Shown here in pieces: positions 31,351 to 43,185 of a DNA stretch of 64,000 bases. The translations under genes were made by a program, and so were the position numbers. The notes under the pieces are model-generated. The model did not search any database, was not told the DNA's origin, and saw only the letters and a list, made by a program, of their open reading frames with translations. Position 1 is the first letter of the stretch. The number at the start of each line of letters is the position of its first letter. The stretch is from Escherichia coli (GTDB taxonomy: Bacteria; Pseudomonadota; Gammaproteobacteria; Enterobacterales; Enterobacteriaceae): assembly GCF_002854065.1 (NCBI RefSeq), contig NZ_CP024147.1; one strand, written 5' to 3'.

Positions 31351-32451
31351 TTAGAACTGATAGGTAATGCCCGTAGCGACGATGTTATCGGTGCGAATAT
31401 CTACGGCACGGGTAAAGTCGCTTTCATCAATCAGGTTGATTTTATAATCAACATAGGTCGACATATTTTTGTTGAAGAAATACGTCGCACCAACGTCGAT
31501 ATACTCAATCATGTCCTGGTCGCCGTAGCGGCCCAGATCTTTGCCTTTCGATTTCAGGTAAGCGAGTGAGGGGCGCAAGCCGAAGTCGAATTGATATTGC
31601 GCCACCACTTCAAAACTTTGTGCTTTGTTAGAAATATAACCATCGCCATAGGTGGTCATGTTTAATGTTTCAGCGTAATTAGCTGCAAAGTAGATGTTGT
31701 TGGCATCATATTTTATACCTGTAGCCCACAGTTCTGCATTCTTACCGGAGGCATTGAGAGGATTAGCAGCGGCTCTTTCCTGCGCATTTGTCCGATCGGA
31801 TTTGGTATATACCGCACCGATACCAAAGCCATCATAAACATAAGTTGAGGAGATACCGAAACCGTCACCGTTGGCACGCGTGTAGTCAGCACCATAAAGA
31901 TGACTGTTGTCAGTACGTTCATTTTTGCCTTGATATTGCGCGGCAAAGTTCAGCCCTTCAATTAAGCCAAAGAAATCGTAGTTGCGATAGGTTGCCACAC
32001 CGGTGGTACGGTATGTCATGAAGACATCTTTCTGACTCCAGGTATCGCCACCAAATTCTGGCAACATATCAGTCCATGAACCAATGTCATAGCCGACACC
32101 GTAGTTACGGCCATAGTCCAGAGAGCCAAATTCACTAATTTTTAAACCAGCATAGGCCAGACGGGTCTTGTTGCCGCGCGAGCCGTTGGCTTCATCGTTA
32201 TAGCCTTTAAAATCATATTCCCAGTGACCAAAACCAATCATTTGATCATTGATTTGCGTTTCTCCTTTAAAGCCGAGACGGGCATAAGTTTTATCACCAT
32301 CGTCACGCTTATCATCAGTAAAATAACGTAGAGCGGTAACCTTGCCATAAAGGTCGAGTTTATTACCATCCTTGTTATAGACTTCGGCAGCGTGTGCTAC
32401 GTTCGCAGCTAACAAACCAGTTACAACCACCGCAACTATTTTTAATTTCAT
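31351..32451 (-). CDS. OmpC/OmpF-family general porin, intact (corresponds to the yddL position)
   Basis: 366 aa; signal peptide [38 protein letters not shown]-terminal ...GITYQF; classical 16-strand porin pattern. Confidence 0.85.
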   Translation of the reverse strand: MKLKIVAVVVTGLLAANVAHAAEVYNKDGNKLDLYGKVTALRYFTDDKRDDGDKTYARLGFKGETQINDQMIGFGHWEYDFKGYNDEANGSRGNKTRLAYAGLKISEFGSLDYGRNYGVGYDIGSWTDMLPEFGGDTWSQKDVFMTYRTTGVATYRNYDFFGLIEGLNFAAQYQGKNERTDNSHLYGADYTRANGDGFGISSTYVYDGFGIGAVYTKSDRTNAQERAAANPLNASGKNAELWATGIKYDANNIYFAANYAETLNMTTYGDGYISNKAQSFEVVAQYQFDFGLRPSLAYLKSKGKDLGRYGDQDMIEYIDVGATYFFNKNMSTYVDYKINLIDESDFTRAVDIRTDNIVATGITYQF

Positions 32452-32680
32452 TTAACAGAATCCTTTTAATTATCGTTAAACGTATTTTCTAAACGAATTT
32501 TAAACGGCGTCATTTATAAACGACATACTGTTTTTAAATTAGAATGGTGATTAAAAACAATGAGAAAAATAGATGAAATAATATTATTTATCGATATGTG
32601 ATCGAAGTCTAAATGAGATATAAGGTGAATTACTGGTATTTGAAATTTATTTTTTAATATTGTCGGAGTTTATCTGATTA

Positions 32681-32705
32681 ATTGCCGGGCCGTAGACCCG
32701 GCAAT
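32681..32705. terminator. hairpin immediately downstream of yddG
   Basis: ATTGCCGGGC-cgtaga-CCCGGCAAT perfect palindrome abutting the yddG stop. Confidence 0.45.
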
Positions 32706-32709
32706 TATT

Positions 32710-33591
32710 TTAGCCACGACGTGTCGCCAGCCAGCAGAGCAGGGAACCGCCGCAGACCATCAGCGCGCCTTGCCAGAACGAGAACGACAGCGGGGCGCTG
32801 AGCAGCACGGCTGCAAGCGCTGAGGAAAGTACGGGCGTAAAATACGAACCTACCGCCATAATGGTGACGTTGCCATGCAATATACCGACATTCCATGCAG
32901 CATAAGCAAATCCTAAGGTAAATGCCGCAGAGATGAGTTTAATTATGACGGGCATGCTAAATACCATTTCTGGTTGTGGCGTGAGAAAATAGTAAACCCA
33001 CAGACTTGCTCCCGTTAGCAGGACAAAAACGGTAATTCCGTTAAATCCGCGTGCGTATTTATTCGTTACTGTGCAGTAGGCTGCCCAGATAAACGCACCA
33101 ATGAACGCCAGGAAATAACTCAATGGGCTGGTGGTGATATTATTGATGATTTCATCATAATGTAACCCATTGTCACCGCCTAACACCCAGCAGACGCCGA
33201 CGAGGGCTAATAATAATCCTGGTACAATCAGCCAGTTGGTTTTCTGACCATTAAACAGAATGGCAAAGAGAATTGTCAGGCTGGGCCACAGATAGTTCAC
33301 CATACCCACTTCAATCGCCTGATGACGGGTCGCCGCATACCCTAAGGAAAGCGCCAGACAGATTTCATAGCTGACGAATAACAGACTCCCGGCGAGTAAA
33401 TAGCCTTTCGGGATTTGCCGAATACGCGGAAATCCAACCGTGAAGATTAACAGCAGCCCGCTTAATGAATAGATAGCAGCTGCGCCACCGACCGGGCCGA
33501 GCCCCTCACTGACACCGCGAATCAATCCTACCATCGTGCTCCACAGGACGATCGCTATTAGCCCTATGAGCGTTGCTTTTTGTCGTGTCAT
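32710..33591 (-). CDS. yddG: aromatic amino acid exporter (DMT/EamA family)
   Basis: 293 aa, 10-TM EamA-type membrane protein. Confidence 0.85.
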   Translation of the reverse strand: MTRQKATLIGLIAIVLWSTMVGLIRGVSEGLGPVGGAAAIYSLSGLLLIFTVGFPRIRQIPKGYLLAGSLLFVSYEICLALSLGYAATRHQAIEVGMVNYLWPSLTILFAILFNGQKTNWLIVPGLLLALVGVCWVLGGDNGLHYDEIINNITTSPLSYFLAFIGAFIWAAYCTVTNKYARGFNGITVFVLLTGASLWVYYFLTPQPEMVFSMPVIIKLISAAFTLGFAYAAWNVGILHGNVTIMAVGSYFTPVLSSALAAVLLSAPLSFSFWQGALMVCGGSLLCWLATRRG

Positions 33592-33744
33592 GCTCGCTGT
33601 TTTGTCTCTCTTGCCGTTAAAAATTAAGCTGAATTTTATAGCATTTTTTTAACTGGCCTGTCAGGCAGTGGTGCGTTTTTCTACCGCTATTGAGGTAGGT
33701 CAATTTGCGCAGGCGGATTATTTTGTGGCAAACACGTGTTCTTT

Positions 33745-33758
33745 TTGATTTCGCGCAA
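33745..33758 (+). promoter_or_regulatory. FNR-like site in the fdnG promoter
   Basis: TTGATttcgCGCAA (FNR consensus TTGAT-N4-ATCAA), centred about 70 bp upstream of the fdnG ATG. Confidence 0.4.
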
Positions 33759-33822
33759 AAAGATTCAGAATTTTACTGTTAGTTTCCTCGCGCAGTAATA
33801 CCCCTGAAAAAAGAGGAAAGCA

Positions 33823-36800
33823 ATGGACGTCAGTCGCAGACAATTTTTTAAAATCTGCGCGGGCGGTATGGCTGGAACAACAGTAGCGGCATTGGGCTTT
33901 GCCCCGAAGCAAGCACTGGCTCAGGCGCGAAACTACAAATTATTACGCGCTAAAGAGATCCGTAACACCTGCACATACTGTTCCGTAGGTTGCGGGCTAT
34001 TGATGTATAGCCTGGGTGATGGCGCGAAAAACGCCAGAGAAGCGATTTATCACATTGAAGGTGACCCGGATCATCCGGTAAGCCGTGGTGCGCTGTGCCC
34101 GAAAGGGGCCGGTTTGCTGGATTACGTCAACAGCGAAAACCGTCTGCGCTACCCGGAATATCGTGCGCCAGGTTCTGACAAATGGCAGCGCATTAGCTGG
34201 GAAGAAGCATTCTCCCGTATTGCGAAGCTGATGAAAGCTGACCGTGACGCTAACTTTATTGAAAAGAACGAGCAGGGTGTAACGGTAAACCGTTGGCTTT
34301 CTACCGGTATGCTGTGTGCCTCCGGTGCCAGCAACGAAACCGGGATGCTGACCCAGAAATTTGCCCGCTCCCTCGGGATGCTGGCGGTAGACAACCAGGC
34401 GCGCGTCTGACACGGACCAACGGTAGCAAGTCTTGCTCCAACATTTGGTCGCGGTGCGATGACCAACCACTGGGTGGATATCAAAAACGCTAACGTCGTG
34501 ATGGTGATGGGCGGTAACGCTGCTGAAGCGCATCCCGTCGGTTTCCGCTGGGCGATGGAAGCGAAAAACAACAACGATGCAACCTTGATCGTTGTCGATC
34601 CCCGTTTTACGCGTACCGCATCTGTGGCGGATATCTACGCGCCTATTCGTTCCGGTACGGACATTACGTTCCTGTCTGGCGTTTTGCGCTACCTGATCGA
34701 AAACAACAAAATCAACGCCGAATACGTTAAGCATTACACCAACGCCAGCCTGCTGGTGCGTGATGATTTTGCTTTCGAAGACGGTCTGTTCAGCGGCTAC
34801 GACGCTGAAAAACGCCAGTACGATAAGTCGTCCTGGAACTATCAGTTCGATGAAAACGGCTATGCAAAACGCGATGAAACACTGACTCATCCGCGCTGTG
34901 TGTGGAACCTGCTGAAAGAGCACGTTTCCCGCTACACGCCGGACGTCGTTGAAAACATCTGCGGTACGCCAAAAGCCGACTTCCTGAAAGTGTGTGAAGT
35001 GCTGGCCTCCACCAGCGCACCGGATCGCACAACCACCTTCCTGTACGCGCTGGGCTGGACGCAGCACACCGTGGGAGCGCAGAACATCCGTACTATGGCG
35101 ATGATCCAGTTGCTGCTCGGTAACATGGGTATGGCCGGTGGCGGCGTGAACGCATTGCGTGGTCACTCCAACATTCAGGGGCTGACTGACTTAGGCCTGC
35201 TCTCTACCAGCCTGCCAGGTTATCTGACGCTGCCGTCAGAAAAACAGGTTGATTTGCAGTCGTATCTGGAAGCGAACACGCCGAAAGCGACGCTGGCTGA
35301 TCAGGTGAACTACTGGAGCAACTATCCGAAGTTCTTCGTTAGCCTGATGAAATCTTTCTATGGCGATGCCGCGCAGAAAGAGAACAACTGGGGCTATGAC
35401 TGGCTGCCGAAGTGGGACCAGACCTACGACGTCATCAAGTATTTCAACATGATGGATGAAGGCAAAGTCACCGGTTATTTCTGCCAGGGCTTTAACCCGG
35501 TTGCGTCCTTCCCGGACAAAAACAAAGTGGTGAGCTGCCTGAGCAAGCTGAAGTACATGGTGGTTATCGATCCGCTGGTGACTGAAACCTCTACCTTCTG
35601 GCAGAACCACGGCGAGTCGAACGATGTCGATCCGGCGTCTATTCAGACTGAAGTATTCCGTCTGCCTTCGACCTGCTTTGCTGAAGAGGATGGTTCTATC
35701 GCTAACTCCGGTCGCTGGTTGCAGTGGCACTGGAAAGGTCAGGACGCGCCGGGCGAAGCGCGTAACGACGGCGAAATTCTGGCGGGTATCTACCATCATC
35801 TGCGCGAGTTGTACCAGGCCGAAGGTGGTAAAGGCGTAGAACCGCTGATGAAGATGAGCTGGAACTACAAGCAGCCGCACGAACCGCAATCTGACGAAGT
35901 AGCTAAAGAGAACAACGGCTATGCGCTGGAAGATCTCTATGATGCTAATGGCGTGCTGATTGCGAAGAAAGGTCAGTTGCTGAGTAGCTTTGCGCATCTG
36001 CGTGATGACGGTACAACCGCATCTTCTTGCTGGATCTACACCGGTAGCTGGACAGAGCAGGGCAACCAGATGGCTAACCGCGATAACTCCGACCCGTCTG
36101 GTCTGGGGAATACGCTGGGATGGGCCTGGGCGTGGCCGCTCAACCGTCGCGTGCTGTACAACCGTGCTTCGGCGGATATCAACGGTAAACCGTGGGATCC
36201 GAAACGGATGCTGATCCAGTGGAACGGCAGCAAGTGGACGGGTAACGATATTCCTGACTTCGGCAATGCCGCACCGGGTACGCCAACCGGGCCGTTTATC
36301 ATGCAGCCGGAAGGGATGGGACGCCTGTTTGCCATCAACAAAATGGCGGAAGGTCCGTTCCCGGAACACTACGAGCCGATTGAAACGCCGCTGGGCACTA
36401 ACCCGCTGCATCCGAACGTGGTGTCTAACCCGGTTGTTCGTCTGTATGAACAAGACGCACTGCGGATGGGTAAAAAAGAGCAGTTCCCGTATGTGGGTAC
36501 GACCTATCGTCTGACCGAGCACTTCCACACCTGGACCAAGCACGCCTTGCTCAACGCAATTGCTCAGCCGGAACAGTTTGTGGAAATCAGCGAAACGCTG
36601 GCGGCGGCGAAAGGCATTAATAATGGCGATCGTGTCACTGTCTCCAGCAAGCGTGGATTTATCCGCGCGGTGGCTGTGGTAACGCGCCGTCTGAAGCCGC
36701 TGAATGTAAACGGTCAGCAGGTTGAAACGGTGGGTATTCCAATCCACTGGGGCTTTGAGGGTGTCGCGCGTAAAGGTTATATCGCTAACACTCTGACGCC

Positions 36801-36870
36801 GAATGTCGGTGATGCAAACTCGCAAACGCCGGAATATAAAGCGTTCTTAGTCAACATCGAGAAGGCGTAA
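33823..36870 (+). CDS. fdnG: formate dehydrogenase-N alpha subunit (selenoprotein; UGA at 34408..34410 decoded as Sec)
   Basis: Tat signal MDVSRRQFFKICAGG; ORFs 33823..34410 and 34459..36870 are in the same frame, separated only by the in-frame TGA in ...DNQARV-U-HGPTVASL; total 1015 codons. Confidence 0.95.
34411..34450 (+). promoter_or_regulatory. SECIS element region (mRNA hairpin for SelB-directed Sec insertion)
   Basis: Sequence immediately 3-prime of the fdnG UGA (CACGGACCAACGGTAGCAAGTCTTGCTCC...) contains a GCAAG-TCTTGC stem-loop in the expected position. Confidence 0.5.
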
Positions 36871-36882
36871 GGGGGCGAACAG

Positions 36883-37767
36883 ATGGCTATGGAAACGCAG
36901 GACATTATCAAAAGGTCCGCAACTAACTCCATCACGCCGCCTTCTCAGGTGCGTGATTACAAAGCAGAAGTCGCAAAACTTATCGACGTTTCCACCTGTA
37001 TCGGCTGTAAAGCCTGTCAGGTGGCGTGTTCGGAGTGGAACGACATCCGTGATGAAGTGGGGCACTGCGTCGGGGTTTACGATAACCCCGCCGATCTGAG
37101 CGCCAAGTCCTGGACGGTGATGCGCTTTAGCGAAACCGAACAGAACGGCAAGCTGGAGTGGCTGATCCGTAAAGACGGCTGTATGCACTGTGAAGATCCA
37201 GGCTGCCTGAAGGCGTGCCCGTCTGCTGGTGCAATCATTCAGTACGCTAACGGGATTGTCGATTTCCAGTCGGAAAACTGCATCGGCTGTGGTTACTGCA
37301 TTGCCGGGTGTCCGTTTAATATTCCGCGCCTCAACAAAGAGGATAACCGGGTATATAAATGCACGCTCTGCGTCGATCGCGTCAGCGTCGGCCAGGAACC
37401 GGCTTGTGTGAAAACCTGTCCGACCGGGGCTATCCACTTCGGCACCAAGAAGGAGATGCTGGAGCTGGCGGAACAGCGCGTGGCGAAACTGAAAGCGCGT
37501 GGTTACGAACATGCTGGCGTCTACAACCCGGAAGGGGTCGGTGGTACGCACGTTATGTACGTGCTGCATCACGCCGATCAGCCGGAGCTGTATCACGGTC
37601 TGCCGAAAGATCCGAAGATCGACACCTCGGTAAGCCTGTGGAAAGGCGCGTTGAAACCGCTGGCAGCGGCTGGCTTTATTGCCACTTTTGCAGGGTTGAT
37701 TTTCCATTACATCGGTATTGGCCCGAATAAGGAAGTGGACGATGACGAGGAGGATCATCATGAGTAA
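36883..37767 (+). CDS. fdnH: formate dehydrogenase-N beta subunit (4x[4Fe-4S])
   Basis: 294 aa; four ferredoxin-type Cys clusters; C-terminal TM helix. Confidence 0.95.
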   Translation: MAMETQDIIKRSATNSITPPSQVRDYKAEVAKLIDVSTCIGCKACQVACSEWNDIRDEVGHCVGVYDNPADLSAKSWTVMRFSETEQNGKLEWLIRKDGCMHCEDPGCLKACPSAGAIIQYANGIVDFQSENCIGCGYCIAGCPFNIPRLNKEDNRVYKCTLCVDRVSVGQEPACVKTCPTGAIHFGTKKEMLELAEQRVAKLKARGYEHAGVYNPEGVGGTHVMYVLHHADQPELYHGLPKDPKIDTSVSLWKGALKPLAAAGFIATFAGLIFHYIGIGPNKEVDDDEEDHHE

Positions 37768-38413
37768 GTCGAAAATGATTGTGCGCACCAAATTTATTGA
37801 TCGCGCCTGTCACTGGACCGTGGTGATTTGCTTCTTCCTGGTGGCGCTGTCCGGGATTTCGTTCTTCTTCCCGACGCTGCAATGGCTGACGCAAACCTTC
37901 GGTACGCCGCAGATGGGACGTATTTTGCACCCATTCTTCGGCATTGCGATTTTCGTCGCACTGATGTTTATGTTTGTGCGTTTTGTGCATCACAACATCC
38001 CGGATAAGAAAGATATTCCGTGGCTGTTGAACATTGTCGAAGTATTAAAAGGCAATGAGCACAAAGTGGCGGATGTCGGTAAGTACAACGCCGGGCAAAA
38101 GATGATGTTCTGGTCGATCATGAGCATGATTTTCGTGCTGTTGGTGACCGGGGTGATTATCTGGCGTCCGTACTTTGCGCAGTACTTCCCGATGCAGGTT
38201 GTCCGTTATAGCCTGCTGATCCACGCGGCTGCCGGTATCATCCTGATCCACGCCATCCTGATCCATATGTATATGGCATTCTGGGTGAAAGGATCGATTA
38301 AAGGGATGATCGAAGGGAATGTGAGCCGTCTCTGGGCGAAGAAACACCATCCGCGCTGGTATCGTGAAATCGAGAAGGCAGAAGCGAAAAAAGAGAGTGA
38401 AGAAGGGATATAA
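37760..38413 (+). CDS. fdnI: formate dehydrogenase-N gamma subunit (cytochrome b556)
   Basis: Start [19 protein letters not shown] overlapping the fdnH stop by 8 bp; 217 aa. Confidence 0.9.
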   Translation: MSKSKMIVRTKFIDRACHWTVVICFFLVALSGISFFFPTLQWLTQTFGTPQMGRILHPFFGIAIFVALMFMFVRFVHHNIPDKKDIPWLLNIVEVLKGNEHKVADVGKYNAGQKMMFWSIMSMIFVLLVTGVIIWRPYFAQYFPMQVVRYSLLIHAAAGIILIHAILIHMYMAFWVKGSIKGMIEGNVSRLWAKKHHPRWYREIEKAEAKKESEEGI

Positions 38414-38434
38414 TCTCTATTGAACTTTAAGCTG

Positions 38435-38464
38435 AAAATGGCGCTGTAAGAAGCGCCATTTTCA
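38435..38464 (+). terminator. rho-independent terminator of fdnGHI
   Basis: AAAATGGCGCT-gtaaga-AGCGCCATTTT followed by a T-run. Confidence 0.6.
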
Positions 38465-38480
38465 TATTGTAGACAACGTA

Positions 38481-38600
38481 GGCTTTGTTCATGCCGGATG
38501 CGGCGTGAACGCCTTATCCGGCCTACAAACCGTTCAAATCCAATAGATTGCAGTGAACATGTAGGCCTGATAAGCGTAGAGCATCAGGCAATGTTGCATT
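38481..38600. repeat. REP/BIME cluster
   Basis: GCCGGATGCGGCGTGAACGCCTTATCCGGCCTAC ... GTAGGCCTGATAAGCGTAGAGCATCAGGCA. Confidence 0.6.
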
Positions 38601-38640
38601 TGTCATCAGTTTCAAATGGCGCTTTATAAGGTGCCATTTT

Positions 38641-38925
38641 TTATTGCGTAACCAGACGGCGTAATCGCGACACATCCACCGTTTTTTCAGCCTCTGCCAG
38701 ACTCCAGGCGTTTTGCAGATTCAGCCACATTTGCGGCGAACTGCCGATCACCACGGAAAGTTTAATTGCCATTTCTGGCGTCAAAGCTGCTTTTCCGGTC
38801 AGCAATCGGCTTGCCGTTGAGGGCGCAATTTCCATTGCTCTGGCAAACTCGCGCAGGCTGACATTAAGTTCGTCCAGTGATTCCTGAATAATGTCCCCCG
38901 GGCGGGGATGATTGGCCATTTTCAT
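38641..38925 (-). CDS. yddM: HigA-type HTH antitoxin (YddM)
   Basis: 94 aa; XRE-type HTH ([33 protein letters not shown]); start overlaps the higB-like stop. Confidence 0.8.
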
Positions 38926-39203
38926 CAGTGATAGTCCTCGTAATCCAGTATGTATGCATCGCCATTGACGAATTCAAATGTGATTCGCCAGTTGCCCGAG
39001 ACAGATATCGCCCAAATTCCATCGCGATCGCCGCTTAACGGGTGTAGTCGGTAACCGGGCATATCGATATCAGCAAGACAGCTTGCTGCATCAATCACAG
39101 CGAGTCGGTGGCGTAATCGTTTGACTTGCGTCGGTATAACGCCGGAGGTTTTGCCGAGAAGAAACAAGTCACGCAATCCCTTGTGTCTGAAATTCATTAT
39201 CAT
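38925..39203 (-). CDS. HigB-like toxin (RelE/ParE superfamily, killer-protein family)
   Basis: 92 aa [14 protein letters not shown]...[39 protein letters not shown]; toxin-then-antitoxin order typical of hig loci. Confidence 0.75.
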
Positions 39204-39388
39204 CTCTTCATCCTTGTTCCCTCGAAAGGAACACTATCACTATTGTTCCGTGCAGCGCAACAAATTTCGCTACGTTTTCGCGAATTGTGAGGGGAAAGAT
39301 GGCGGAGGAAAAGAAGAAGAATGAAATTGCGGAAAGCGTCTCGCAAAACAGGCTGCGACCCGAACATGGGAGTCGCAGCAAAGGCCTC

Positions 39389-40399
39389 TTAGCGACGGAA
39401 ATCAATCACCATACGGGCACGGATTTTGCCTTCTTCCATCTCGGTAAAGATGGTGTTGATGTCCGCTAACGGACGCAGGGCGACTTTCGGCACCACTTTG
39501 CCTTCGGCCGCAAACTGGAAGGCTTCGGTTAGATCCTGGCGCGTGCCGACCAGCGAACCGACCACTTCAATACCATCCAGCACAAGGCGTGGGATGTCCA
39601 GGCTCATAGATTCCAGCGGTAGACCGACAGCCACAACACGACCGCCTGCACGGACAGCATCAACTGCCGAGTTAAACGCCGCTTTAGCTACCGCTGTCAC
39701 CACCGCGGCGTGAGCGCCACCGGTTTTATCCTGCACAATTTTGGCGGCGTCTTCGGTGCGTGAGTTAATCGCTAAATCTGCGCCCATTTCGGTTGCCAGT
39801 TTTAACTGCTCATCATTGACATCAATGGCGATCACTTTCGCGTTAAAGACATTCTTCGCGTATTGCAGGGCGAGGTTACCCAGACCGCCAAGACCGTAGA
39901 TAGCAATCCACTGACCGGGACGAATTTTTGACAGTTTAACGGCTTTGTAGGTGGTGACCCCCGCACAGGTAATGCTGCTGGCCGCCGCCGAGTCCAGACC
40001 ATCTGGCACTTTTACCGCGTAATCGGCGACCACGATGCACTCTTCCGCCATCCCGCCATCAACGCTGTATCCGGCATTTTTAACTGAACGGCAGAGCGTT
40101 TCGTTACCACTGTTACAGTATTCGCAATGACCGCATCCTTCGTAAAACCACGCCACGCTGGCACGATCGCCTGGTTTTAATGAAGTAACACCAGGGCCAA
40201 CTTCTGCCACCACACCGATGCCTTCATGGCCCAGAATTACGCCAGTTTTGTCACCAAAATCGCCATTCTTAACATGAAGATCGGTATGACATACACCACA
40301 ACACTCCATTTTCAGCAGGGCTTCGCCATGTTTCAGTGAGCGCAGTGTTTTATCCGTAACGTCAACATGATGATCCTTCGTAACAACTGCAGCCTTCAT
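39389..40399 (-). CDS. adhP: alcohol dehydrogenase, propanol-preferring (Zn-dependent)
   Basis: AGGAGGAAC ribosome-binding site then [13 protein letters not shown]; 336 aa; Zn-ADH motifs ([17 protein letters not shown]). Confidence 0.9.
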   Translation of the reverse strand: MKAAVVTKDHHVDVTDKTLRSLKHGEALLKMECCGVCHTDLHVKNGDFGDKTGVILGHEGIGVVAEVGPGVTSLKPGDRASVAWFYEGCGHCEYCNSGNETLCRSVKNAGYSVDGGMAEECIVVADYAVKVPDGLDSAAASSITCAGVTTYKAVKLSKIRPGQWIAIYGLGGLGNLALQYAKNVFNAKVIAIDVNDEQLKLATEMGADLAINSRTEDAAKIVQDKTGGAHAAVVTAVAKAAFNSAVDAVRAGGRVVAVGLPLESMSLDIPRLVLDGIEVVGSLVGTRQDLTEAFQFAAEGKVVPKVALRPLADINTIFTEMEEGKIRARMVIDFRR

Positions 40400-40532
40400 A
40401 GTTCCTCCTTTTCGGATGATGTTCTGCATAGCAGGTGAGGCAAATGAGATTTATTCGCCACTACCCAGTATGGATGAGATCTGAAAAAGGGAGAGGGAAA
40501 TAGCCCGGTAGCCTTCACTACCGGGCGCAGGC

Positions 40533-42230
40533 TTAGATGGAGGTACGGCGGTAGTCGCGGTATTCGGCTTGCCAGAAATTATCGTCAATGGCTTGTTGCA
40601 AAGCTTCGGCAGACGTTTTCACCGCCACGCCTTGCTGCTGCGCCATTTTGCCAACCGCAAACGCAATTGCGCGGGAGACTTTCTGAATATCTTTTAGTTC
40701 CGGTAGTACCAGACCTTCGCCGTTCAGCACCAATGGTGAATACTGCGCCAGCGTCTCACTTGCCGACATCAGCATCTCATCGGTGATACGTGACGCGCCG
40801 GAAGCAATAACACCCAGCCCGATGCCTGGGAAAATAAAGGCGTTGTTACACTGGGCGATAGGGTAGATTTTATCTTTCCATACCACTGGATTAAACGGGC
40901 TGCCCGTGGCGACCAGCGCGTTACCTTCGGTCCAGGCGATAATGTCCTGCGGTGTGGCTTCCACGCGTGACGTCGGGTTAGACAGTGGCATCACGATCGG
41001 ACGCGGACAGTGTTTATGCATCTCACGGATGATCTCTTCCGTAAACAGCCCGGTCTGTCCTGAGACGCCAATCAGAATATCTGGTTTTACATTGCGCACC
41101 ACATCCAGCAGTGACAACACATCGCTGTCGGTATCCCAGTCACTGAGGTTTTCGCGCTTCTGCACCAGTTTGGTCTGGAAAGGCAGCAGGTTCGGCATCT
41201 TGTCGGTCAGCAAGCCAAAGCGATCGACCATAAAGACTTTCTGCCGCGCCGCTTCCTCGCTTAATCCTTCGCGCTGGGTCTGGGCGATGATCATTTCGGC
41301 AATGCCGCATCCCGCTGAACCTGCGCCAAGGAAGACGATTTTTTTCTCGCTTAACTGACCACCTGCCGCGCGGCTTGCTGCGATCAGGGTGCCGACTGTT
41401 ACCGCCGCAGTGCCCTGAATGTCATCGTTAAAGGAACAAATTTCATTGCGATAGCGGTTAAGTAACGGCATCGCATTTTTTTGTGCGAAGTCTTCAAACT
41501 GCAACAGCACGTCCGGCCAGCGTTGTTTCACAGCCTGGATAAATTCATCAACGAATTCATAGTATTCGTCGTCAGTGATACGCGGATTACGCCAGCCCAT
41601 ATACAGCGGATCGTTAAGCAGCTGTTGGTTGTTGGTGCCGACATCCAGCACCACCGGAAGGGTATACGCCGGGCTGATGCCGCCACAGGCGGTATAGAGC
41701 GACAGTTTACCGATCGGAATGCCCATCCCGCCGATGCCCTGGTCACCAAGCCCCAGAATACGTTCACCGTCAGTCACCACAATCACTTTAATATTATGGT
41801 TCGGCACGTTTTGCAGAATATCGTCCATATTGTGGCGGTTCTGGTAAGAGATAAACACGCCGCGTGAACGGCGGTAGATCTCAGAAAAACGCTCACAGGC
41901 TGCGCCGACGGTTGGGGTATAAATAACAGGCATCATCTCATCAAGATGATTGTTTACCAGACGGTAGAAGAGGGTTTCGTTGGTGTCCTGGATGTTACGC
42001 AGGTAGATGTGTTTGTCGATTTCGGTTTTGAATCCCTGATACTGGATCCATGCTCGTTCCGCTTGTTCTTCGATGGTTTCGACCACTTCCGGCAGTAACC
42101 CCAGCAGGTTGAAGTTACGGCGTTCTTCCATGCTGAAGGCACTGCCTTTATTCAACAACGGAAATTCCAGCAGTACAGGGCCAGCGTAAGGGATATAAAG
42201 CGAACGCTGTTTTTTTGTTTTTGGTTCCAT
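40533..42230 (-). CDS. maeA: NAD-dependent malic enzyme
   Basis: Start [23 protein letters not shown]; 565 aa. Confidence 0.9.
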   Translation of the reverse strand: MEPKTKKQRSLYIPYAGPVLLEFPLLNKGSAFSMEERRNFNLLGLLPEVVETIEEQAERAWIQYQGFKTEIDKHIYLRNIQDTNETLFYRLVNNHLDEMMPVIYTPTVGAACERFSEIYRRSRGVFISYQNRHNMDDILQNVPNHNIKVIVVTDGERILGLGDQGIGGMGIPIGKLSLYTACGGISPAYTLPVVLDVGTNNQQLLNDPLYMGWRNPRITDDEYYEFVDEFIQAVKQRWPDVLLQFEDFAQKNAMPLLNRYRNEICSFNDDIQGTAAVTVGTLIAASRAAGGQLSEKKIVFLGAGSAGCGIAEMIIAQTQREGLSEEAARQKVFMVDRFGLLTDKMPNLLPFQTKLVQKRENLSDWDTDSDVLSLLDVVRNVKPDILIGVSGQTGLFTEEIIREMHKHCPRPIVMPLSNPTSRVEATPQDIIAWTEGNALVATGSPFNPVVWKDKIYPIAQCNNAFIFPGIGLGVIASGASRITDEMLMSASETLAQYSPLVLNGEGLVLPELKDIQKVSRAIAFAVGKMAQQQGVAVKTSAEALQQAIDDNFWQAEYRDYRRTSI

Positions 42231-42385
42231 GTCACTCACTCTTTTTTGAATATCCATCCCTGGGGGCTTTTATCGTCTTTGCTTTACCGCCAGGGCGTCG
42301 GCCCCAAGTATAAAGCAGATAAAAACAAAAACACCATTGCGCAGGCAATGGTGTTTAATCGTCATTGAGGACTGATGGTTATGAA

Positions 42386-42523
42386 TTACTTTTCAGCGGG
42401 GCGTTTTCTGCCGGTTGGGTTATTTACCACGCTAGATTTGTCACCTTCGGTAACTATTTTGCGCTGGTTAGATATTTTATGGTCCAGTCCAAGAATATGA
42501 CGTGCCTGACGGTTCGATTTCAT
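42386..42523 (-). CDS. sra: stationary-phase-induced ribosome-associated protein (45 aa)
   Basis: Minus-strand ORF encoding [45 protein letters not shown]; under 60 aa so absent from the ORF track. Confidence 0.85.
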
Positions 42524-42624
42524 TTTAACTCCTCAATCCTGTTGCTAGTTTTAAGGACAACATCGCCGTAGCGAAGAAACACGTGCTAAACCCCTAAATT
42601 AGGTTGCCGATCAAGCATAGCACC

Positions 42625-42840
42625 TTAAAGCGTAGGGTGCTGGCCACTGACCACATAATTGATCGTTTGCTGGTAGATATCACTGAGGATGTCGTTATCA
42701 GAAGCTTCCACCCATTTGGTCAGCTCCATGAGAATGTCATCTTCAGTGACAACACCGTGCTCTGCCAGAAGGCCTTGCTCAATGGCATTAACCAGAGCGG
42801 GTTCTGCTGTTGAATTTTCTGCCTGATAATAAGTAAACAT
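42625..42840 (-). CDS. bdm: biofilm-dependent modulation protein
   Basis: GGAGA ribosome-binding site then MFTYYQAENSTAEPALVNAIEQG; 71 aa. Confidence 0.8.
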   Translation of the reverse strand: MFTYYQAENSTAEPALVNAIEQGLLAEHGVVTEDDILMELTKWVEASDNDILSDIYQQTINYVVSGQHPTL

Positions 42841-43185
42841 AGTGATTCTCCGTGTCTGTGTATTTATGGTGTCTGCTACGGATCGCAGATTTATAAAGCA
42901 CATTCAGCATGGCAAATATTTGCCGCTTCGTTGTTGAGATTAGTCCTGGTTGATGATTTTTATATTTTAACCCTATGATATTGATAGGTATTATTATTGT
43001 GGTGAGTTGATTGATATTGATGCAATATCTCTTGAGATATATATTCCCGGTTATCTATTGTGGGAATTTAATTTAAGTGCAGAAGTAATATTTTCTGCCG
43101 GATTTTATTCGGAATATCCTGCTTATCCTCGTGCTGTTTCTCACGTAGTCTATAATTTCCTTTTTAAGCCCACAGGAGAGCAACA

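Noticed and set aside
33799-33805. NarL heptamer-like TACCCCT near fdnG
   Set aside because: It lies only ~18 bp upstream of the start codon, inside the leader and ribosome-binding site region; functional NarL sites would be expected further upstream, so it is probably a chance match
34408-34410. In-frame TGA splitting fdnG into two ORFs, suggesting a pseudogene
   Set aside because: This is the known selenocysteine codon of FdnG; flanking sequence (ARV-U-HGPTVASL) and a downstream hairpin support recoding
33997-36825. Long minus-strand ORFs (389 aa and 529 aa) antisense to fdnG
   Set aside because: They lie entirely within a well-supported coding gene on the other strand, have no ribosome-binding sites or recognisable motifs, and look like typical open antisense frames of GC-rich coding DNA
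36847-37791. 314 aa minus-strand ORF antisense to fdnH
   Set aside because: Same reasoning: antisense to a conserved Fe-S subunit gene, with low-complexity Arg/Ala-rich translation
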